Program-made: the position numbers and the translations under genes
Shown here: one piece after another, positions 55,834-64,000 of the stretch
Layout: each line of letters begins with the position of its first letter
How positions within the stretch are numbered: the first letter of the stretch is position 1
The notes under the pieces: model-generated
What the model saw: the letters and a program-made list of their open reading frames with translations, nothing else
What the model was told of the DNA's origin: nothing
Databases searched by the model: none
NCBI GenBank assembly: GCA_004764695.1
Contig: SMSO01000037.1
Coordinates: 1,030,747 to 1,094,746, forward strand
Direction of reading: 5' to 3'
From: Schizochytrium sp. TIO01
Taxonomy: Eukaryota; Protista; Bigyra: Labyrinthulomycetes
DNA: 64,000 nucleotides

Positions 55834-58800
55834 ATATTGTTTGTTTATACCATATTTATTTCTTTATTTATTTTTTAATTTATTTTTAATTTATTGATGT
55901 GTTGTTGATTTTGGAGTCTTTCTTTTGGGTTCTGCAGGTGGGACCGATTCTCGCACGAGCGGCGATGCCTTTCGAGCGTCGGCATCGCAGGGCACAGCGG
56001 CCCCCGGAGCCAGCGCAAGCTCGCAAAAAGCAGCCGCGTGAGCATCCGCCGCTGCCCTCGTCGAGATCGCGGCGGCTTCGAGGGAGGAGAAAGAACTCGA
56101 AGAGCGACCTCGAAGACGGCCTCAGCTGTCTACAACAGAAGGGAAAAGAGACATCGCTCACTCACCACAGTTGTAGAGTTCTGTGTAAATGCTACTAGGC
56201 AATAGGGTAGCGCCTAGCTAGAGGTAGGTGCGAGTAAGCTGGTCCTTGGCCGGTTCTTCGTTTTATTTGGTCGAGCTTGAGGATGCCGAGCGCTTTGGAG
56301 AAATTGCATTTGGCTCTGCTGATGGATATGCTGCTGCTGCGTAGGATGCCGTCGTGAAGACGCCTAGTTTCCATCGCGAAAGCCAGCCGCGTAGGCCCTG
56401 ATCGACGGCTTGGCTGCCTCCGCGGGATGACCGGAGAAAATAATGAGCTGATAAAGAGACAAACAAAAGTGCCATCATCTGCTTAAAAGAGATTCTACCC
56501 ACTCGAACCCAATGCAAAGAAGTCGTTGCGGCAGTTGATTATACAGTGACGTGCAGGGAAGTAAGTGTCTGGGGCCCTACTTATAAAGAAGGGCCGTTGA
56601 GAAGTGAAGTACCGCATTCGATTATTCTTTTTGAAGAAAGTATCGATGAAAATGGGAGAGGAGAAAACCATCACTCCCTTCCCTACCCATATGTACATAT
56701 ATATATATATTTGATTAATTATTATTTGATTAATTAAAGACTACAAAATTTGATAGTAAAGAGGAGTCAGTAAACGCGAGGTTACGTGCTTCCTCTGATC
56801 TGTTTGGCGCACTTCGATTCGAGAAACGGTTCGAAGCCTGAAAAGGCAAACAAGAGAGTAAAGCCTCTCGATGATACATTGACTGACTGACGGTAAGCAA
56901 AGTTTGAGGTGCGTTCTTCTCCACTCTCGTCCTCTGTCGGGGTTGACTTTTGGAGCGAAGGAGCTGTTGCATTGTTGGAGTGCGATGCCGATTAAGTGTT
57001 CATCGCATCGGTTCCGATGCGTTCGCCCGAGTCACTCAAGGCTTCCCAGGCAGATCCCAATCAATCTTCGAGTCTATATTAAGGAAAATTGAAAAGGGAG
57101 CATTCATCGCGAAGAGTTGAACACGAGTTCTGAGGTTTATCTGGTTTCGAGGAATCTGGTCTCGGTATACTGATTATGGGAGATACCAACGCGACCAAAG
57201 CGATTGCCGGAGGTAATCATTCTCAGCGTTTCGCTCTGTGTTTGCTACATCAGCGCAGACGGATTTGTTGTTGACTCAAACTTGGTGAGGAGTGCTTCCG
57301 AATCAAATTGAAACTGGCTGTTATCCAGGATACATATATTTGCATGTACTGTCTCAACGTAAACGAGTTATTCGCTATGTCTTGAACGAGGGAATCTCTT
57401 TGTAAAGGCCATTCGAGTTTGAGGTATGGGCTGTTCTTGTTCCTTCATTTCAATTCAGAAAGTGATTGACAATAAGCAAGCAATTGAGAGGAGTCTTGAG
57501 ACTTTTCAACGCCTTCGCTGGCCAGGCATTCCGGATCAAATGCTCCGCGCTTAATTCACCTTGGGCTCGAAGGCCTCCGGCTTGAATTCCAAGAAACGCC
57601 CAATTCACTTACTTCTGTGAAACTCAGGCTGCTACTTGATTGATTCCATTTCACTGTACCTGTCATAATGTAATGTACGATGAAAGGAGCTGACTCGACT
57701 TTGGAGGAGGAAACTATGTACGTTGGTATTTTTGCTGGCAACTTCTTCTTCTTCTTCTTCTTTGTTCTTGGTACCTCCCAAAACAACTTTCTCTTCGCTC
57801 GTTTCTTGCGTGTTTTTTGAAAAGGGAAGAAGACCACGTCCACCCGACACTTTATCAGCCTTTGATCATGGAAACATCAGTCTTCAAAACATTTTGGTTC
57901 TTCAAGGCATAGAGGGAGCGAGAGGAGATTGCCATTTCAAAATTCGCCAGAATATTCTCTAGTTCTTCATTAATTATTTAAATAAAAATGATTATTTGCA
58001 AATAATAAGCACAAAGATGACTTGATGATCTTCATCAAGAGCCCTTGGGCACTAAGCGAAACCAAGTTTCGACGCCATCTCTTGCGAAGAGTTTAGACCT
58101 CCAAAACTGCTGTGACTTGAGCGAAGATAGTCCTTTAACAGGGTCCGCCTTGATCGCCTCTGATTCGCCAACAGCGCAGGGACCAAGTGACCCGTATAAC
58201 TCGGCACATGGGCACCCATACTCCCAGCTACTTTTGAATACTCTTTATCAATATAAAAACAATTATTATATATTTTTAAATTTTTACAAACAAAAAAGAG
58301 TGGCAGACTGAAGAGCTTTCATCATTTTTAATCAAAAAATATGTAGTTAGCTATTTTTTGTTTTAAAAAAAAACAAAAAACAAAAAACAAAAAAAAACAA
58401 AAAAACTCGGAAAGCGCAGTTGCGGAAGGGATTACGCTCAAGGCAGACGGCACTCATGAATGTAACAAATAAATAAACAACAAACAAAGTCACTCATTCA
58501 ACGAAACAATCGATCGGTCAGTCGGTCAACCAATCAGCAAACAAGCGGATTGGGCTGCACTCGCTGCAGTCTCACCCACCACAGTGCAGTTTCTTCGGTG
58601 CTGGACAAGACGCGGAAAGCACTGAGGCAGAGGCGTCCCATCAAAGCGATATAAGTGTTAGGGAGCGAGGGCGAAAGAACATAACATAACATAACACAAA
58701 ATAACAGAACGGAACAGAACAGAACAGGGCAGGCCACGCGCAGTGCGGGGTTCCTGCTTTTTCAAGAACAGGTACGTACATCAACAAATCCAAACTGTCT

Positions 58801-60425
58801 TCTTTCTACATTTCAAATTAAAGGCTATAAAAGTGATTGAGCTAAAGTCGATTTCTTAAAATGTTGAATTTTTATTATTATTTAAAGAGAAAGAAGCGGA
58901 CCCAAAGGTACCCACCCGCCCACCCACCTTTAGTAGGGATCACGTACGTAGTCATTTCACATTTTTGTTTACAACTAAAAAGAAAAGAGGGGGAAAAGAT
59001 GCGATACAATGAATGAATGCTGAATGACCGCGCAGTAAGTACTTAAAGTAGGGCATCTTTTGTAGGACAAAACGTGGTCTTCGCACCGGCTGAATGAATA
59101 CTTTGGGGCCGTACAGCGTGCGAGAGCCCTGTCGATAACCGACAATCGACAATGCACGTATGCATACATACATACATACATACATACATATACGTATGCA
59201 GAGAGTCGAGGTGTCTGCAGTTGGCAACGCCTCCATTCAACTCAAGCGCGCCGTGGGTCGATCTCTCGCAGAAAGGTCCTTTGCGTTAAGTGCGCTTTTG
59301 CCCTTAACGACGGCAGGTCGACACGCATCCATATGCATATATATGCACACAGCAAAATAGATACAGACAGACAGAGAGACAGAGAGACACACACAGAAAC
59401 ACACAGTCCGGTCACCACAGATATGGATCGATTGGGCGCGAGGCAAGATTCGCCAGCTTTTCAAGAGTTCTGCTGAGCCAATCAATTCCCGACTGCCAAG
59501 GTTCTCAAGAGCGAGTTCTCAAGAGAGAGTCCGCGCCGCTGAGGATCTGAAGATCTGCGGCGCTGCGTTTATGGATGGGAACCGCCCCGTCTGCGATGGT
59601 GTTTTGGCGCAAATAAATCTCAAGATAGATGCCAAGGACCAGGAACCGGACTGGAGGCCGCCAGAAGACGAACGGAGCGCCTCGAGGAGCTGAGCAACGA
59701 GGTCTCGAAGACCCTCAACCGTGTGGGTTGTGGTGAAACTCGAGGGCTCTGAAGGTCCGCTGCTGCTCTCGTCTTTGATCCCGCCCATGATCTGCAGCTC
59801 GAGCTTTCCTGCCGATTTGGGTTGGATTTAGGCATCTCTGAATTAAAAAGAGCAAACTCATTGTTTTTTATTTGGATCGAACTGCCTTTTAATTATTTAA
59901 AAACAATCATTTTTAATTTTTAAATTAAAATTGTAATATAAAAATAAAAATAAAAATAAAAATATCTACGCAAGTGAAAATCATTTGAATGTATACTCCT
60001 AGTCAGAGGCGTAGCTGGGACTAGGGCAAAATGAAGGAAGCTTTGACGTCACCTGTCGCTATGAGCTGTCGTTCCACTCACTGGGGGTGGCACGAGTAGC
60101 ACCCGCATAGGCGGCTCCTAAGACCGGCGCGCTCAACAGAAACGAGACGCCGCCAACAACAGACAGAGAAGGCGGGAGAAGCAAAGAATTAATTACTTAC
60201 TTACTACTGCTGCGAACAATCTGTCTTGGAATCAATCAATCAATCAATCATTCATTCAATCAATCAGGGAGCAGCCACCGGCAGCTTCGCCTCCTCCTCC
60301 GGCCCAGAGCCGGGCCGAGAAGCGAAAACGAGCGAGGTTTCCAAGGCTGCTTTCGATCGAGAGGAAACGCACCGTCTGTCTGTCTATGTGTCGTGCATGG
60401 ATGGTGAAATAGAACTTTGAGCGAG

Positions 60426-60510
60426 TTTAGTTTAGTTTTGTTTTGTTTTGTTTTGTTTTGTTTTGTTTTGTTTTATTTAGTTTTATTTAGTTTTACTTAG
60501 TTTTGTTTTA
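60426..60510. repeat. (TTTTG/TTTAG)n microsatellite
   Basis: Read directly from the sequence. Confidence 0.85.
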
Positions 60511-61452
60511 TGTGTGGGCTCACGTGCTGTAGGAGGTACGCAGTAAGTGAAAGGAGACAAAAAGAAAGAAGAGTTAAAGGCTCTGAAGTGGACGAGTTGG
60601 TCCCAACTTGGCTGATAGACAGAAGCAGCTGCAATGCGAAGCTAAGCTTAACTCGAGTTTCCGCCGACGACAACGCAGCAGCGATAGAATCTGAAAAGGC
60701 CCTAAGGCAGCCTCAGGATGGATGAATGGGGCGAGCCACATCGATTGCTTGCTTGCTTGGTTGGTTGGTTGGTTGGTTGGCTGGTTGGCTGGTTGGCTGC
60801 CGCAATGGCAGATTCTAGCGTAGTAGGTGTGCGCAAAGGCGGCAATGCTGCTTACTTAATTTGGGAGGTTGCTCGCTTCTAAATTGCCGCATGATCGACA
60901 GAGCAGAGACTCGTGCTAGCCTCGGCTCTGGAAAAGCAAATGCATGCAAGGTGGAGGCGAAGCGCATCGATGGCAGTGATGCATGCATGCGTGCACGCAT
61001 GCTATGAAAGAGCTTGGTTTTGAAGAAGCATTACATTATTATTTTGGACCGCGTCGAGAAAGAGCTTCCTCGAATTCTGAACCAACCAACCGAGTCTGCT
61101 TCAATGAAATCTGAATCATTGGTGTGTCGAGACGAGAAGCCCTAAATCAACTTGTACCGACAGACATGTTTTAATTGAAAGAGCTGCAGGCGGGAAAGAG
61201 CAAGGATATATAGATAGTTAGTATGTACTTCGAAGAGCTTTTTCCTCGTTGCCACAAACTAGTTACTAGTGTCGTAGCTCCAGGGGTGCTGTAGAGGAGG
61301 GTATCCTGAAGTTATAACAGTGAGTAGACGTCGTCAAACACGCTCGAGTTGCTCAACCGTTAGTCCGTAGGCCCTCATGCATGATGATGATGACTTCACT
61401 ATTTGCACGCGGCACATTTGACGAATCCGATAAATGATCTTCGTAATCGCTC

Positions 61453-61457
<5 letters not shown>

Positions 61458-61491
<34 letters not shown>
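61458..61491. repeat. (AG)n microsatellite
   Basis: Read directly from the sequence. Confidence 0.92.
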
Positions 61492-61496
<5 letters not shown>

Positions 61497-61583
61497 GCGC
61501 CTAAACGACAGGAAAAGTCTGCAAGGCAACAGAAACACTGATAGAATAATAACGTTGCAAAAATAGCAAATGAATAGATGATG

Positions 61584-64000
61584 TTATGCTACATTAATCT
61601 GCGTTTCACCAAAGTTGCTGTGATCAGCCTTCTCGGTAGAAATCGCTTCATCAGAGGAAAATCGAACGGCTGCTGCAGATGAATCAGGGGCACTGACTGG
61701 TAACGCCACGTGAATATTACCATTCTGTGGATGCTGCTCTTGCTGGACATGTTGATCTGAATGACCAGTGCCAACGCTACTGCTGCTGCTGTGGCTGGAG
61801 GCACTGCCACTGGCGCTGCTTCGGCTTCCCGGTACCACTACGGGAATTGCAGTTCGAGGCGTTTGAGGATTTACAGGCCGCATTCTAGAACCTCCACCAA
61901 TAATCTCGCGAGATAAATCCTGCTGTTGATAAGTTCTTGTGGCCGCCTGATCCATCGTATTAAAAAGGCCGCCACGAGCATGCATTCGGAAACTAGACTG
62001 TTCAGTTTTGCCGTCGTCTTCGTCAGAATCTGAGTCAGAATCAGACATACTGCGCTTGATACCACCATTAATTCCAGGACGGCGGCGGTGCACTGACGTT
62101 TCTAAAGCCTGTCCGTTTGCCATAACGAGCCCGCTCTCTTCTTCATTCAAGGGAGACTGCACATCTTCCGAAGGCGAGGCTTCATCCTTGTGTCGCATCC
62201 GACGCACTTGACCCCCTTGGCCCCGACGACTTTGCCTTGGAAGCTCCTCCTCCTTGTTATACACAACTGCATGGACTTTAGGAGCCATCACAAAAAGTGC
62301 TGCAAAAACATTGGCCAAGAAAACTGCAAGACAGAGAATCAAAAACTTGATGTTGGTCTCCGTACTACTCACAGCGAGCATGATTGGGGCTGCGATCAGA
62401 TATAGCTGGAATTGCCAAATCACCGCTACAGCCAATGTCTTACCTTCCTGAAAAGAGCTATCCACATCTCGTACACGGTATGCGATGGTGGCACCAATCA
62501 GGTATAGACTGGCATGAAATGCAAGCAGTAACCAGTAACAAGTGCGCACAGCTGCAGAAGTGGTGAATGAACAGGCGCCATAGCTTTCTACAGGGTTGTC
62601 ATAGCTGTCTCTGGAGACGATGAATCGTTTCCACTGAATTGGATCGAGAATCGTCGGCACCAGGAGCAAAATGATGTTCACAAGAAGAACAGAGGCCATG
62701 AACTTCAATAGCGTAGATGCACTTAGCATCAACGAACGTAGGCTTGGGTTATGAAATATCTTCATTATACGGTACATCTTGAGGATGATTGCCGTAGCCG
62801 TTGTTGTAGTGCCTAAACTCACAAGCCAGAAAAACGCATTGCATGCAGCTCCAGCACGCGGGTCGCCACTCGCATGGTCGTCTGGGTAAGCGTAGGCTGC
62901 CAAACTACCCACGGCAGTGAGAATCCCAAGAAGAAATATCACCAAAAACTCATACTGTGCCTTGCGAACAATCCGAGTCTTACGGTTGAGGCATACCCAT
63001 ACTCCAAGTCCAGCACAAAGCAGAAAGACAAGGCCTACCATAACGTATGCCATACTGCGCAGACCCTTTCCAACAAGATTCTTTTCCTCAAAAGGTAGGT
63101 CGGTCTGCAATGGAATTGTGGTTGTGTCACCCGGCGGGAAGAGTAAGCCAGAGTCCAATGTCCAGCTTCCATTCCAGTCGCCCATACTCTGCGCGTGAAC
63201 AATTAGCGTAGATGGGTCTACGAGCAGACTCCGAAGTTTGAAGTAGGCAGTCTCGGCGACTCGGGACCCAGTATCCGAATCAAATTTGACTCTACCTGAG
63301 GCTCCATCGAAGGGGAACACAGATTCATTCTTCATCATGTCCACAAGCACGCCACCTTGCAGCCAGCTCGGCCGAGTATCTTCTCCATCAAAAGAAGGCG
63401 CTGAAACATCATCTGTAATGTTAGGAAAGCCTGCAGCAGCATATGATAGACAGGTCACACGGCATGCCGAGACAACAGCATCATAGGCGAAGGCAGTGTC
63501 GTAGATAAAGCTGCTGAGCGCCGATTCTGTGAAAAGATCGTCCGTGACGGAGAGGGTGAGGTTGTCTCCAGACAAGTTATCATGAAGGTCAACGGTAGGA
63601 TCTGAAAAATTCGATCCACCCGGAATGTAGGAGTTGATTGCGTCTTTGTACTTAACAAAGGAAGGCCAATTTTCCTTCAGAAGCTCAAACACATGGTTGC
63701 GATCGTCCCCACTGACCGCTTGTACAACCTGTGTAGCGTTCAAGATTGTTGCCAAGGACGGGTTTTCTTGAATGACGGAGGTCAATTCATCTGCACCAAT
63801 AGCATCACTGAAAACAAAGAGTGTTCCTCGTCCTGTCATGCCTCTTGAGTCAAACTGCTTCATGATATAAGGTATGTCTGCCATGAAAGCCACCACGAAA
63901 ATTACATTGAGGTCAGTTGATTCCAAACCACTAATTGCATTGGCTATGGATAATTCATCATTCTCTCGGTATGAAAATGCCTGTAAGGAAATGCCTAAAT
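61584..64000 (-). CDS. Class C GPCR, paralogue of 48380-51838; 5' part lies beyond the window edge
   Basis: Shares FIYDxAxAYDAV..ACR.TC, FPF.GASGRV.FD..TGSRV.ETAY, LSLGTTTTATAIILK.YRIM.IFHNPSLR and IGATIAYRVRDVDSSFQEGK with the first GPCR. The frame stays open to the window end (LGISLQAFSYRENDELSI...). Confidence 0.93.
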   Translation of the reverse strand, partial: LGISLQAFSYRENDELSIANAISGLESTDLNVIFVVAFMADIPYIMKQFDSRGMTGRGTLFVFSDAIGADELTSVIQENPSLATILNATQVVQAVSGDDRNHVFELLKENWPSFVKYKDAINSYIPGGSNFSDPTVDLHDNLSGDNLTLSVTDDLFTESALSSFIYDTAFAYDAVVSACRVTCLSYAAAGFPNITDDVSAPSFDGEDTRPSWLQGGVLVDMMKNESVFPFDGASGRVKFDSDTGSRVAETAYFKLRSLLVDPSTLIVHAQSMGDWNGSWTLDSGLLFPPGDTTTIPLQTDLPFEEKNLVGKGLRSMAYVMVGLVFLLCAGLGVWVCLNRKTRIVRKAQYEFLVIFLLGILTAVGSLAAYAYPDDHASGDPRAGAACNAFFWLVSLGTTTTATAIILKMYRIMKIFHNPSLRSLMLSASTLLKFMASVLLVNIILLLVPTILDPIQWKRFIVSRDSYDNPVESYGACSFTTSAAVRTCYWLLLAFHASLYLIGATIAYRVRDVDSSFQEGKTLAVAVIWQFQLYLIAAPIMLAVSSTETNIKFLILCLAVFLANVFAALFVMAPKVHAVVYNKEEELPRQSRRGQGGQVRRMRHKDEASPSEDVQSPLNEEESGLVMANGQALETSVHRRRPGINGGIKRSMSDSDSDSDEDDGKTEQSSFRMHARGGLFNTMDQAATRTYQQQDLSREIIGGGSRMRPVNPQTPRTAIPVVVPGSRSSASGSASSHSSSSSVGTGHSDQHVQQEQHPQNGNIHVALPVSAPDSSAAAVRFSSDEAISTEKADHSNFGETQINVA

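Overview
Eukaryotic genomic DNA: GT-AG introns, mostly intron-poor genes, and long microsatellite-rich intergenic spacers. The overall style suggests a thraustochytrid/stramenopile, which is inference only. Recognisable genes: a BCCT transporter with a PLAC8-like tail, a SARM1-type TIR protein, a three-exon GPC1 acyltransferase, a myosin, a Cys-rich multi-pass membrane protein, an HMMR/RHAMM-like coiled-coil gene with a 1-nt frameshift, another coiled-coil protein, and two paralogous class C (GABA-B-like) GPCRs. The main discovery is hidden from the ORF track. The ~321-bp tandem array at 35.7-38.5 kb is a set of nine 84-nt, phase-2/phase-2 exons on the minus strand. Each exon encodes exactly one 28-aa ribonuclease-inhibitor-type LRR, and the exons are separated by near-identical introns. 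Amino-acid variation is concentrated at the predicted ligand-facing LRR positions, and in at least one pair the exons differ far more than their flanking introns. The exons can splice in frame, through a hydrophobic exon, onto a kinase plus RBR-type E3 ligase ORF. The model is a ~1289-aa candidate diversifying immune receptor (LRR cassette array-kinase-ubiquitin ligase).
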